DNA of 63,139 nt, counting the filler. It is 6 parts of 6 records of this genome, joined end to end, with 100 filler letters (N's around TTAATTAATTAA, not from the genome) between each part and the next. Parts side by side here need not be neighbours in the genome. Positions count along the whole stretch, not along the records: positions 12,170 to 27,876 come from DRR723986_15902; positions 27,977 to 37,486 come from DRR723986_15903; 4 more parts are not named here. One strand, 5' to 3'. The translations under genes and the position numbers were made by a program. This document shows positions 17,566 to 28,006 of this stretch, one piece after another. Position 1 is the stretch's first letter; each line of letters opens with the position of its first letter. Under the pieces are notes generated by a model, which saw nothing but the letters and a program-made list of their open reading frames with translations, searched no databases and had not been told where the DNA came from.

Positions 17566-20058
17566 TCATTGGGGCTTTTGGTTAGATTGCTGGAAAGCTG
17601 GCGAGGCGACAAGCTGATGGATAATCGAGCGGAAGGTCGCCTTCGACGCTTGTAGATTGTCGACAACACGTTCGATCGTCAGCTCATCGTAAGCCTGGAT
17701 GTCACGTCCGACACCGTAGACGAACAACTTCTCGGCCAAGCATCGGTAGAAGTCTTCAATGCGATCCTCGGCCAGCACCCGCCGAAGCTCCGTGACGTCC
17801 GAAAATTCCTCTCCGGTTACTAGCCTGCCGCCCGGCACGATTTCCGAGCCGGCATCCTCGGTGCGGAATTTTCCAAGTGCGTTGAAATTCTCAAGCGCTA
17901 GCCCGAGTGGATCCATTCGGGAATGGCAAGACGAGCAAAGTGCGGATTCACGATGCGCTGCCAGCAATTCTCGAAGCGACGGTTCTCGGCCTCCAAAGCG
18001 ATCTTTCGATTGTTCCAGTTCCGGTACATTCGGCGGTGCCGGTGGAGTGGGAGTTCCAAGGATATTTTCCAGCACATACAAACCACGCTTCACCGGAGAT
18101 GTTCGCGTTGGATTTGATGTAACCGTAAGCAGGGTTCCCTGAGTCAGGATGCCGCCGCGGGGATGGTCGGAATCAAGCTGCACCTTTCTAAACTCATCGC
18201 CGCTAATCCCATCGATCTCATACAGCTCCGCCAGTCGCTCATTGAGGAACGTGTAACCTGGATCCAGCAGCTCCTTTAACGGGCGGTCTTCTTTGAAAAT
18301 GTAATCGACGAACTTGAGTGTTTCGGACTGCATGGCCGTTCGCATGGTGTCGTCGAACAGTCCACGATAGGGACGGAACTTCGCAAACTCCTTTCGTAGT
18401 TCCGTGTAACGCTTCTGTTGCTCCGGAGTCCGGTCTGATTCGTCGATTCGTCGAATTGGCTGATACTCTTCCTGAAGTTGGTCGTATTCTTCGCGAAGAC
18501 CGAAGGTTGCGTAGGTATCGATCGTGACCTTCTGAACGTCGTCCGTTCTCAACCACTGGCCGACGAAGGCTTTCAAGAAGTTGTCGCAACGCGGGTCTTC
18601 CAGCATTCTGTCGACCTGATTGGCAAGCTGCTGTCGAAGCTGGCCCTTGCCGGCCAATTCGAGCAGCTCATCGTCAGGCATGGAGGCCCAAAGGAAATAG
18701 CTCAGCCGTGAAGCCAACGAGTAGTCGTCGAGGAACGGGTACTTTTCACCATCGTTCAACTCCGCAGTTGCCTCGTACTTCATCAAGAATCGAGGTGAAG
18801 CAAGTACGGCAGTCATCGCGGTGGCTATGCCGGTTTCGAACGTCACATCCGGCTTTGCGTAGGTTTGTTCGGCAAGGGCAACAAGTCTTTGAAGTTGCTG
18901 CTTCTTGGCCGTTCGGCGATACGCTCGCAGTAGGAACTTTGCAAGAACCTCGGACGCGTATTCTCGCCGAGCTTCGGCGTCTTGTGGCGGTTCGGTTCGA
19001 CTAAAGAACCGCTTGTAGCCAGGCGGATTGCTCCACAAGGATTCGTCGACCGGCCCGCGCACACTCAAACTAGGGATTCGCATGAAGGCCTTTGCATCAG
19101 CGTCGGCTTCTTCGGAAACTTTGTCTTCCACTGGTAGCGGGCGGATTCGATACTCGAGCGTATGCTCGCCCTTTTCAAGCAGAAACTCCTGTGTCACCGG
19201 CGTCTCAAGATCTGAGGCCCAAGCATATTCACCAGAGTGGATTGATTCGCCATCCAAAAGAATTTGCACACCGCAGCGGTCTGGGCTGAAGGAGAAGGTC
19301 CCGTCGGATACAAGCGTAGTATCAAGCAAATAGGTTTCGTCGGTCGGAATTTCGAAGCTGACGCGTACCGTGGCTTCGCGATCCATGGTTATCGCCTGCG
19401 TTTTCCGACCGTCCACTGTCTTCAGGCTGTCGGACTCATAAACAGTGTCGATCACTTTGGTCACCCGGGGTACGGATTGTTCAATCAAATCGGATGCGGT
19501 TGCAATGTACTTCTCCATCATCATTGGTGAGATCGTCAGTGCATCTCCGACCGTGTCAAAACCGGCACCTGTGTCGTCGGGTGGAAAGATGACGGTCGCT
19601 GAGAATTCTACGCCAAGCAGGTCACGGATCGTGTTTTCATATTCGCGGCGATTCAGGCGGCCGATTCCTACGCTGCCGGGATTCGGGTTGTCAAAATCGA
19701 TTGCGAGAGCATCCGCCATCAACCAACGCTTCAGCGCTGAGACGTCCGCAGCATCCAGTTGATAGCCGCTATCTGGCGGTGGCATCGTTCCAGCACGGAT
19801 GTTCTTGAGCACGGCCCACCATTTCGCAGTGGCAGCTTCATCGGGCTCGGACTCAATCGAATCAAGCAGCACGTCGAGCTGCAGATCACCCTCACTGGCA
19901 CCGTCACCGTGGCAGTCGAAACAGTTCTCCTGCAGGAGAGTCTTGGCCGAGGCTGATTCGTTTCCGGGTTCGACCGCTGGTGTTCTGGCCGCTTGACCGA
20001 TGAAGATGATCCCAGCAAGTGCCCCCGTCAGAGCCGCGCGTTGTGAAGGCATGCCCAT
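17566..20058 (-). CDS. Planctomycete cytochrome c / DUF1592-DUF1588-DUF1585 domain protein
   Basis: CFDCH and CSSCH heme motifs; RLNRREYENTIRDL, LASRLSYFLW and RTSPVKRG motifs. Confidence 0.92.
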   Translation of the reverse strand: MGMPSQRAALTGALAGIIFIGQAARTPAVEPGNESASAKTLLQENCFDCHGDGASEGDLQLDVLLDSIESEPDEAATAKWWAVLKNIRAGTMPPPDSGYQLDAADVSALKRWLMADALAIDFDNPNPGSVGIGRLNRREYENTIRDLLGVEFSATVIFPPDDTGAGFDTVGDALTISPMMMEKYIATASDLIEQSVPRVTKVIDTVYESDSLKTVDGRKTQAITMDREATVRVSFEIPTDETYLLDTTLVSDGTFSFSPDRCGVQILLDGESIHSGEYAWASDLETPVTQEFLLEKGEHTLEYRIRPLPVEDKVSEEADADAKAFMRIPSLSVRGPVDESLWSNPPGYKRFFSRTEPPQDAEARREYASEVLAKFLLRAYRRTAKKQQLQRLVALAEQTYAKPDVTFETGIATAMTAVLASPRFLMKYEATAELNDGEKYPFLDDYSLASRLSYFLWASMPDDELLELAGKGQLRQQLANQVDRMLEDPRCDNFLKAFVGQWLRTDDVQKVTIDTYATFGLREEYDQLQEEYQPIRRIDESDRTPEQQKRYTELRKEFAKFRPYRGLFDDTMRTAMQSETLKFVDYIFKEDRPLKELLDPGYTFLNERLAELYEIDGISGDEFRKVQLDSDHPRGGILTQGTLLTVTSNPTRTSPVKRGLYVLENILGTPTPPAPPNVPELEQSKDRFGGREPSLRELLAAHRESALCSSCHSRMDPLGLALENFNALGKFRTEDAGSEIVPGGRLVTGEEFSDVTELRRVLAEDRIEDFYRCLAEKLFVYGVGRDIQAYDELTIERVVDNLQASKATFRSIIHQLVASPAFQQSNQKPQ

Positions 20059-20124
20059 GAGTCTGTCTCTAAATCCAGGGAATGAAATTGAGCTGTTACG
20101 TTTCGAAGTACCGCGAGTGAATTC

Positions 20125-21369
20125 CTAGATCGGGTTTTCATACCATACGATTCCGAGTCCGCGGCCTTCGTAGCGTTCTTCACAGGTCAGAATGTCCAAG
20201 TCGCCATCGTAGTCCAGGTCGACCAACTCCACGAAGTCAAATTTAATGCCGTCGGGGCCACTGATTGAAAGCGCCTCGCCGGACTGGCCTTGGTTAATCG
20301 GGATGATGCCAACACCGCTTCGATCGCCATCTGCACCTTCGCAAGAGAACACAAGCGATGATGCGGCATCCTTCAGCAACCGACCGCTCGCGACGGCCTT
20401 CGCCCTGCCGAATTTCTTGAGATCCCACTCCGCAATGAGCCGTATCTCCCAAGGTCGTCGCACTTGTGATGCAGGTCCTTGTGTAAGCTCGAAGATGCGA
20501 TTGGTCTTCACTGGTACGTAAACTCTCGGGCGACCGTCGAGTGTCTTGGCGACGTCGATAAACATCACTTCCTCCCCCAGGCATCCCATTAGGTGCCTAG
20601 TGAACCGACCATCATGACTCTCCAACCAGTACACACCCGATTGTTCCCCTTTCCGATCAGAGTAGATTACATCCGTATCGCCGTCACCATCAACGTCGGT
20701 TGGCACGATCGACATGATCCAACTGGCGTCGACAAGCCTCTGAAGCTCCGGTGCAGTGTTGTTGTCAGCGGCGGGCCGAAGCACAGCAATCTGGCCATTG
20801 GGAGACTTGCTTCCGAGGACAACCATCGGCGGCTGCCTTGGAGATGCCAGCGGGGCGGCAAACATCCAACGTGTCACGCCTTTCGATTTAGCGATCGTTC
20901 GTGTCTTCCAGGCGGCCGGATCACTCAGTCGAGTGAGGTCGCGCGGAGCTTCGAATAAGAAGAGGCACTGTTCTTTACCCTCGCAGCTTGCCAGGACATC
21001 GAGTTGCCCGTTACGATTGGCGTCGAACCAGGCAGCATCTTCTACAGAAGGCGTCTTGCCGAGCAAGACTCGTGACCAAGGCTTCCCATCCCTGACACTC
21101 TTTGGTCCAGGGTGGAGATAAATACAAGTCCGGCCGCTTTCCTCCCAGCCGGTTGCCACGTCCAAGAAGCCATCACCGTTTGCGTCAGCGAGCTTTGCAC
21201 CGTCAGCGCCAGTGAGTGTGTCGTCGATGGTGTGACGCACCCATTGGCCGTTAGACACCGATACAAGGACAACGAAGACGAGCAATGGCATGGCTGCACG
21301 GAGGCAATGTAGCGTGGACAAGCGGCGCTCGGCAAACGTGCGAACAGAACGATACGGCTGAAGTCTCAT
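20125..21369 (-). CDS. FG-GAP/VCBS repeat protein
   Basis: DANGDGFLD, DVDGDGDTD and DLDYDGDLD repeats; WYENP end. Alternative start 21291. Confidence 0.85.
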   Translation of the reverse strand: MRLQPYRSVRTFAERRLSTLHCLRAAMPLLVFVVLVSVSNGQWVRHTIDDTLTGADGAKLADANGDGFLDVATGWEESGRTCIYLHPGPKSVRDGKPWSRVLLGKTPSVEDAAWFDANRNGQLDVLASCEGKEQCLFLFEAPRDLTRLSDPAAWKTRTIAKSKGVTRWMFAAPLASPRQPPMVVLGSKSPNGQIAVLRPAADNNTAPELQRLVDASWIMSIVPTDVDGDGDTDVIYSDRKGEQSGVYWLESHDGRFTRHLMGCLGEEVMFIDVAKTLDGRPRVYVPVKTNRIFELTQGPASQVRRPWEIRLIAEWDLKKFGRAKAVASGRLLKDAASSLVFSCEGADGDRSGVGIIPINQGQSGEALSISGPDGIKFDFVELVDLDYDGDLDILTCEERYEGRGLGIVWYENPI

Positions 21370-21453
21370 TCGTCGTTGTCCCGTTTCTCGCAGATCGTCA
21401 TCGCAGTTATTCCATCGCGGTTATTCCATCACCGAGCAATCGAACACAGTTGC

Positions 21454-23229
21454 CTAAAGTGCTTCAACATACGCGTAGTAGGCACCGTATTCGCCATCGT
21501 CGGTTAAGAAACGTGCTTCGAAACGCGTTCGGCCCTTGGGCAGTTCAACATCAAAGACGGCCTCCTTGTCCCCCGCTTCGACAAGCTTTGTGGCGCGGAC
21601 GTCCGCGATGCGAATGGTCGCCTTCTTCACGGCCAGCCCGACACCTTCGCGGTCGCGAAAAGCCTTTTGGCCCGGAACGCTTTCGCCAGGCGGCAGGCTA
21701 GCATCGATTGCTTTGTCCGCCTCTTCAGGCCATCTGCGGAGTCGAATGCGGTACTTCCCGGATGCCGCAACCATCACGTTCCAAAAGCCAGTGTTCGCTT
21801 TACCGGTCTTAGCACCGCGGATGTGAGCTTGATTCCAGGGAGTCGACCCGGTTGTAATCCAATCATGTGAGGTTAGTCGAGCGGGATTTTCTTCTGGAGC
21901 ACCGATGTAAATGGGCGTTTCGTTAGCGAAGGTTGGTTCCAGTTCCGCCCACCACGCGTCGTAGAAATTTCGTAGGCGCTCGACTACTTCGGGATTGCCC
22001 GAAGCAACGTCGCTCTTCTGGCCCGGATCGAACTTAATATCGTACAGTTCTTTGCCGTTAATCAACCGCCAGCGGCTGGTCATGACACTGCTTTGCCGCC
22101 ACTTGATCGGATCTTTTACGCGCTGCGAATCTGTTACCAAGATCCGATCCGGCCAATCACTGGGAGTTTCACCAAGTAATGCACGGATGGAGGTGCCATC
22201 GAACTTTACACCTTCTGGTGCGGCAATGCCGCAAAGATCAATCAGAGTTGGCAGAATGTCCACGTGAGCCGTAATGGGTTTGATGTCTTTGCCGGAGTCG
22301 AATCCGCCGGCGGGCCAGTTCAGAAAGAATGGAACTCGGTGGCCGCCATCGTAGGGACTCCCCTTCCCTCCTCGCATTTGGGCGTTGAAGGTCTTCCATC
22401 CTGACGACGATCCGTTGTCGGTCGTGAAGATGAAGATAGTGTTTTCCTCGAGGCCTTCATCTTTCAAGAAAGCTCGCATTTGGCCAACGTTGTCGTCGAT
22501 GTTCGCGATCATGCCGTAGAAGTTGGCAAGGCCTTCACTGAGATCGCCGTAAGGAGCGCTATAATCCTCGGGCGAGTGCATCGGACCGTGAGGAGCATTG
22601 GTAGCGATGTACGCCAAGAATGGCTTTCCGGCTGACTTCTGCTCCTTAATGAAGGTCTTTGCATAGTCGAAGAACACGTCTGTGCAGAAGCCCTTAACGT
22701 TCTCTGGTGTACCGTTGTGCCAATAGCTGCCATCAAAGTAGGCATTGTCCCAGTAGTCCGGAGTCTGTCCAACTCCTCCGCCGCCATGCCGCATAACTTC
22801 CGTATAGCCGCGATCTTCCGGACGGTAGGGATAGTTGTCGCCAAGGTGCCATTTTCCAAACATCCCGGTTGCATAGCCAGCGTCCTTGAACACTTGGCCC
22901 ATCGTCACCTCGTTTTCCCGCAGCATGCTGCGTCCCATGATCGTGTGCCACACACCGGTTCGATTGGTCCAGTGCCCGGTCAGAAAAGCACATCGAGTGG
23001 GAGAACAGGTCGGTGCAACGTGATAGTCAAGCAGACGGAGTGACCTTGCATGAAGGTTGTCTAAGTTTGGCGTCTTAAGTACTTCGTTGCCGTGGCACGA
23101 CAAGTCGCCGTAACCCTGATCGTCGGTGATGACAATAACGACGTTTGGTTTGTCAGCGGCGACGACGGCACTTGCGATCAAAATCCCAAGCAGCGGTAAA
23201 ACTCGTCGGAGGTAAATTGCGAGAGCCAT
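21454..23229 (-). CDS. Arylsulfatase (formylglycine-dependent S1 sulfatase)
   Basis: KPNVVIVITDDQGYGD, CSPTR, GKWHLG and TDNG motifs. Confidence 0.95.
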   Translation of the reverse strand: MALAIYLRRVLPLLGILIASAVVAADKPNVVIVITDDQGYGDLSCHGNEVLKTPNLDNLHARSLRLLDYHVAPTCSPTRCAFLTGHWTNRTGVWHTIMGRSMLRENEVTMGQVFKDAGYATGMFGKWHLGDNYPYRPEDRGYTEVMRHGGGGVGQTPDYWDNAYFDGSYWHNGTPENVKGFCTDVFFDYAKTFIKEQKSAGKPFLAYIATNAPHGPMHSPEDYSAPYGDLSEGLANFYGMIANIDDNVGQMRAFLKDEGLEENTIFIFTTDNGSSSGWKTFNAQMRGGKGSPYDGGHRVPFFLNWPAGGFDSGKDIKPITAHVDILPTLIDLCGIAAPEGVKFDGTSIRALLGETPSDWPDRILVTDSQRVKDPIKWRQSSVMTSRWRLINGKELYDIKFDPGQKSDVASGNPEVVERLRNFYDAWWAELEPTFANETPIYIGAPEENPARLTSHDWITTGSTPWNQAHIRGAKTGKANTGFWNVMVAASGKYRIRLRRWPEEADKAIDASLPPGESVPGQKAFRDREGVGLAVKKATIRIADVRATKLVEAGDKEAVFDVELPKGRTRFEARFLTDDGEYGAYYAYVEAL

Positions 23230-23384
23230 ATTCTGAATCACGAAAAAGGAGCAACTTGAAAGCATGCGTCGGTCACGCCGCGAGATTATAGACAATTCTT
23301 TGGCACGATACTCACCCTTGCCGCCTGATATCGTAAAATCGCTGCCTCTTGCCACCTAACCACAGCACCCGCCGCGTAGAAATA

Positions 23385-26300
23385 ATGAATCGAATCCTAG
23401 CCGCTATTCTCATTGGCGCACTTTGGTGCGATCTGTCGACTGCATCTGAGCTGAAGGTGCTCTTTCTTGGCGACTCAGGAGCCCACCTGCCACGCCAGCG
23501 GTTTGCTGAACTTGAGCCCGTTATGGCCGAGCGAGGCATCAAGCTTCATTACACGGAGGATCTCAAAGAGCTGACGCTCGACAATTTGCGAAGCTATGAT
23601 TCCTTGGCAGTTTATGCAAATATCGACACCATCGACGATGACTATGCGAAAGCTATCTTGGCGTATGTAGAGCAAGGCGGAGGCTTTGTCCCCATCCACT
23701 GTGCTTCATTCTGTTTTCGCAACCAGCCAGAGCTCGTCAAACTGATCGGCGCCCAGTTCAAACGTCACGGCACGGGAGTCTTCCAAGCACGTGTCGACGG
23801 GGGCGATCATCCCATTACAAGCGGGTTTGGCGGCTTTCGAAGCTGGGATGAAACATACGTGCATCACTTGCACCATGAAGAGAATCGAACGGTTCTGATG
23901 TATCGCGTCGATCGTGAAGGGCGAGAGCCTTGGACCTGGGTCCGCAAGCACGGACGGGGGCGTGTCTTCTACACCGCTTCTGGGCACGATTCGCGAACGT
24001 GGATGAACGCCGGCTTTCAAAACCTGATAGAACGCGGCATACGTTGGGCCAGTGGCGATGATCCCGCGCTGGCTGGTGTCTACTTGGCCCAGCGACCTTT
24101 TGATCCTCCCCAGATGAAGGCTGCTAAAGTCGATGCCGCAAAATTTGATTGCGTCGATGTCGGTCCAAAGATTCCAAACTACACACCAAGTCGCAAGTGG
24201 GGCACGCAGGGCAAACTCAAAACACTCATGCAAAGCCCGCTATCCCCTTCCGATTCTATGGAACACTTTGTAACGCCAGTGGGATTGGCCGTTGAGAAGT
24301 ACGCCGACGAAAGCAACTTTGACAGCAAGCCCATCGCGATGACTTGGGACGAGCGGGGAAGGCTGTGGGTTTGCGAAACGCTGGACTACCCGAACGAACT
24401 CGGAAAGGATCGCGATCGCATCCGAATTTGCGAAGACACCGATGGTGACATGGTTGCCGACAAATTCATCATCTTCGCTGATGGGCTAAGTATTCCGACG
24501 GCCATCGTTATCGCTCGCGGAGGAGCCATTGTTCAGAACGGTACCGAGACAATATTTCTTCAAGACACCGACGGCGACGATGTTGCAGACCAACGCAAGA
24601 CGCTCATCAGCGGCTGGAAACTGGGCGACACTCACGGCGGCGTTAGCAATTTTCGCTACGGTTTGGACAACTGGATTTGGGCGATGCAAGGCTACAACAA
24701 TAGCCGCCCCGAAGTTGCGGGCCAGGCATCGCAGTCCTTTCGGCAGGGTTTCTGGCGGTTCAAATTATCAACGTCGGGCCCGCTTGAAGTGACGGAGCTA
24801 GAGTTTGTTCGCTCAAGTGACAACAATACTTGGGGTCTTGGCATCAGTGAGGAAGGACTGATCTTCGGGTCGACGGCAAATCATAACCCCAGCATGTTCA
24901 TGACGATTCCCAATCGCTACTACGAAAGTGTCCGAGGATGGGCACCCAGCGTACTTCGAACAATCGCAGACACTCACGAGTTCAATCCTATCACCGAAGA
25001 CATTCGGCAAGTTGATCATCACGGCGGATACACGGCGGCGGCAGGTCACGCTTTATACACCGCCCGAGCCTTCCCCGAGCAGTGGTGGAACCAAACTGCA
25101 TTCGTATGTGGGCCAACCGGACATCTGGTCGGCACGTTTGTCCTGAGCCGTGACGGTTCGAACTTCCAGTCCGAGAGCCCAGTGAATCTGCTGGCCAGTG
25201 ACGATCAGTGGTCGGCGCCGATCATGGCCGAAGTTGGCCCCGACGGAGCAGTCTGGGTGATCGATTGGTATAACTACATTGTGCAACATAACCCGACGCC
25301 CAATGGATTTACAACCGGTAAAGGGGCTGCCTACGAGAGCGATCTAAGAGACAAGCGTCGTGGCCGGATCTACCGCGTCGTCCCAGAACAACGCAGCAGG
25401 CTGCACCCGTTTGTAAGTCTGGTTGACGCAGACCAGGCAGAGTTAGTAGACGCGCTGCGCCATCCTTCGATGCGATGGAGATTGCATGCGCAGCGGTTGC
25501 TAGTCGAAACGACTGCCGGGCTTTCCGATGACACGATCTCGAGTATCAGGGAACTGGTCGCAGACAGTAGTTTTGACGCAGTCGGCTTGAACGTAGGGGC
25601 CATTCACGCACTCCGCGTCCTAGCCGCTATCGACAAACTGGATGACGACACCCTGATCAAGGGACTGACACACCCATCGGCGGGCGTTCGACGCAATGCA
25701 ATCGACCTCCTTCCGCGAGAATCATCAGGCTTGAGTTTGCTGAAGGAGAACAATCGGCTTCTTTCGGACCCGGACCAACAAGTCCGGTTGCAAGCGATCC
25801 TTGCGTTGGCCGATATGCCATCTTCGACCTGGGCCGCCGACCAGATTGTTCGTTCGATATCGTCGACGCGCGATTTGGTCTTAACCGATGCGCTGACTGC
25901 GGCTGCCGCAGCACACGACGCTCCGTTTCTCAAGGCAACTGCGGGAGCGGAAGATGACAATGAACAGTTAGTCACAGTCGCCAGACGCGTTGCCGAGCAC
26001 CTCGCACGCAGTGAACCGAAGGCAAGTACGCTAGCCGCAGTGATACGACCAGTGTCTGCCGCAAGGGTAAGCATCTCTACGGCTATCTTGGACGGACTCG
26101 TGGCCGGGCTTCCGAGCGACCGCCGCTTAGCTGCCCCAGAGCTTGACGCGTCGTTGGCCTCAACCTTCGATCAGTCCGCAGGAGCTACTCAGACAAAGCT
26201 GCTTCGGCTTGCGGCCCAACTTGGCAGCAAAGTCCTGAATGAAAAGGCAGAGAAAATCATCCAGAACATCGCAGCGACTGTCGAGGATGCTACGGCCGCC

Positions 26301-27731
26301 GACGATGTCCGAATCGCAGCCGCAAGTGACTTGATTGGATTCCGCCGCGACGACACAACTGCTGTGGCAACTATTCTGAATGCCATCACTCCACAAGTTG
26401 CACCAGAGTTGGCGCGCCGGCTACTCGGGGTTGTCCGTCGCAGCCAAGCGACTGATGGTGGGCGCGAACTCTTAGAGGTGATTCCCTCGCTCTCGCCCAC
26501 CAATAAGGCTGTCGCCATCGATGTGCTGCTCAGCAAGCCGCTTTGGGCAGCATCACTACTGGATTTCGCTGAGTCAAAAAAGTTTGACTTGGACGAACTG
26601 ACGCTCGAACAGAAGCAGGCACTCAGTAATTTTCCCGGCGAATCGCTCCAGGCCCGTGCCAGAAAGATTCTATCAACGGCTGGAGGAATCCCTTCTGCGG
26701 ATCGGCAGCGCGTTCTCGATGACCTGATGCCGATCACCAAGCTTTCAGGGAATGCGGGCGCCGGACGGTTGGTCTTTACAAAGGCGTGTGCCAACTGCCA
26801 TCAGTTTGGTAACCTTGGGCAGAAAGTCGGCCCCAATCTGACGGGCATGGCGGTTCACCCAAAGCCCGAGTTGCTGACTCACATTATCGACCCGTCGCGG
26901 AGTGTGGAGGGCAACTACCGCATGTACCAAGTGCTCACGGTCGATGGCTTGGTCGTCAGCGGAATGTTGTCAGGCGAATCGAAAACCAGTGTCACCATCG
27001 TTGATACTCAGGCCAAGCGGCAAGACTTCCTGCGCGAGGATATTGAGCAGCTTGTGGTATCGCGAAAGAGTGTGATGCCGGAAGGCTTCGAACAACAGCT
27101 TTCACGTCAAGAGCTTACGGATTTGCTTGAGTTCCTGACGGACACTGGCCCCTACGTGCCCTACCCGCTCGATCGTTTCGCGACCGCCATCAGCACGAAG
27201 GGCATGTTTGGCAGCGGGGACAATGGCCCCGACAGAATGGTCTTCGGCGACTGGTCGCCCAAAGTCTTCAAGGGCATACCGTTCGTTCTGACCGACCCGG
27301 AAGGAAAGACGACACCAAATGTGGTCCTTCTTCACGGTCCATTCGGTACGCTTCCGCCCAAGATGCCGAAGCAAGTCGTCGTGCCGGTCGGGACACCGGT
27401 GCAAGCCGTTCATATTCTCGGCGGTGTTGGCGGATGGAACTTCCCTTATGATCAACGCAAAACGGTTTCTTTGATCGTGCGTTTTCAATATCGAGACGGC
27501 AAGTCCGAAGACCATAAACTACTCAACGGCGTTCACATTGCAGACTACATCCGTAGAGTGGACGTGCCGGAGAGCCAGTTTGCATTTGCTCTCGGCAATC
27601 AACAGTTGCGATATCTATCCGTTGCCCCCAAGCGCGCCTCGCCGATTGACACCATCCAGTTCATTAAGGGCCCCGACAACAGTTCCCCCATTATCATGGC
27701 CCTGACCATCCAACGCCGAACAACCGAGTAG
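23385..27731 (+). CDS. ThuA domain + PVC-type membrane-bound dehydrogenase domain + heme-binding CxxCH protein
   Basis: N-terminal ThuA (GRVFYTASGH), propeller (GPDGAVWVIDWY), HEAT-like repeats, CANCH and SVMPEG motifs. Confidence 0.92.
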   Translation: MNRILAAILIGALWCDLSTASELKVLFLGDSGAHLPRQRFAELEPVMAERGIKLHYTEDLKELTLDNLRSYDSLAVYANIDTIDDDYAKAILAYVEQGGGFVPIHCASFCFRNQPELVKLIGAQFKRHGTGVFQARVDGGDHPITSGFGGFRSWDETYVHHLHHEENRTVLMYRVDREGREPWTWVRKHGRGRVFYTASGHDSRTWMNAGFQNLIERGIRWASGDDPALAGVYLAQRPFDPPQMKAAKVDAAKFDCVDVGPKIPNYTPSRKWGTQGKLKTLMQSPLSPSDSMEHFVTPVGLAVEKYADESNFDSKPIAMTWDERGRLWVCETLDYPNELGKDRDRIRICEDTDGDMVADKFIIFADGLSIPTAIVIARGGAIVQNGTETIFLQDTDGDDVADQRKTLISGWKLGDTHGGVSNFRYGLDNWIWAMQGYNNSRPEVAGQASQSFRQGFWRFKLSTSGPLEVTELEFVRSSDNNTWGLGISEEGLIFGSTANHNPSMFMTIPNRYYESVRGWAPSVLRTIADTHEFNPITEDIRQVDHHGGYTAAAGHALYTARAFPEQWWNQTAFVCGPTGHLVGTFVLSRDGSNFQSESPVNLLASDDQWSAPIMAEVGPDGAVWVIDWYNYIVQHNPTPNGFTTGKGAAYESDLRDKRRGRIYRVVPEQRSRLHPFVSLVDADQAELVDALRHPSMRWRLHAQRLLVETTAGLSDDTISSIRELVADSSFDAVGLNVGAIHALRVLAAIDKLDDDTLIKGLTHPSAGVRRNAIDLLPRESSGLSLLKENNRLLSDPDQQVRLQAILALADMPSSTWAADQIVRSISSTRDLVLTDALTAAAAAHDAPFLKATAGAEDDNEQLVTVARRVAEHLARSEPKASTLAAVIRPVSAARVSISTAILDGLVAGLPSDRRLAAPELDASLASTFDQSAGATQTKLLRLAAQLGSKVLNEKAEKIIQNIAATVEDATAADDVRIAAASDLIGFRRDDTTAVATILNAITPQVAPELARRLLGVVRRSQATDGGRELLEVIPSLSPTNKAVAIDVLLSKPLWAASLLDFAESKKFDLDELTLEQKQALSNFPGESLQARARKILSTAGGIPSADRQRVLDDLMPITKLSGNAGAGRLVFTKACANCHQFGNLGQKVGPNLTGMAVHPKPELLTHIIDPSRSVEGNYRMYQVLTVDGLVVSGMLSGESKTSVTIVDTQAKRQDFLREDIEQLVVSRKSVMPEGFEQQLSRQELTDLLEFLTDTGPYVPYPLDRFATAISTKGMFGSGDNGPDRMVFGDWSPKVFKGIPFVLTDPEGKTTPNVVLLHGPFGTLPPKMPKQVVVPVGTPVQAVHILGGVGGWNFPYDQRKTVSLIVRFQYRDGKSEDHKLLNGVHIADYIRRVDVPESQFAFALGNQQLRYLSVAPKRASPIDTIQFIKGPDNSSPIIMALTIQRRTTE

Positions 27732-27735
27732 GGGT

Positions 27736-27876
27736 ACTAGTAAATGTCGTTGATTTCGGCTTCTGCCGTCGATGGGGCATTTAGCCGCAGAACTCGTAAC
27801 GAGTTGCAGGTCGTTACGTGGCCTACCCAAGTTGATACTACTGTTCTGAGACGCGGTGGTAGTCGGTTTCAACGGC
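27736..27876. repeat. Long imperfect palindrome (MITE/REP-like element), truncated by contig end
   Basis: 27746-27768 pairs with 27854-27876 (20/23 including G-U); internal CGTAACGA-N8-TCGTTACG. Confidence 0.55.
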
Positions 27877-27976
27877 NNNNNNNNNNNNNNNNNNNNNNNN
27901 NNNNNNNNNNNNNNNNNNNNTTAATTAATTAANNNNNNNNNNNNNNNNNNNNNNNNNNNNNNNNNNNNNNNNNNNN
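27877..27976. other. Artificial contig linker
   Basis: N44-TTAATTAATTAA-N44. Confidence 0.99.
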
Positions 27977-27988
27977 TACCTTTCTTGA

Positions 27989-28006
27989 CACTGGATCACC
28001 TCCTTT
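27989..28006 (-). promoter_or_regulatory. Extended Shine-Dalgarno (AAAGGAGGTGATCCAG) overlapping the GTG start of an ORF that runs off the contig
   Basis: 27991-28006 on + is CTGGATCACCTCCTTT, matching the 16S 3' tail; minus strand continues GTG TCA AGA AAG GTA. Confidence 0.6.

Noticed and set aside
27991..28006. 16S rRNA gene 3' end
   Set aside because: The match is only 16 nt. The upstream bases are TTTCTTGACA rather than the conserved GAACCTGCGG, so it is treated as an extended SD on the minus strand.
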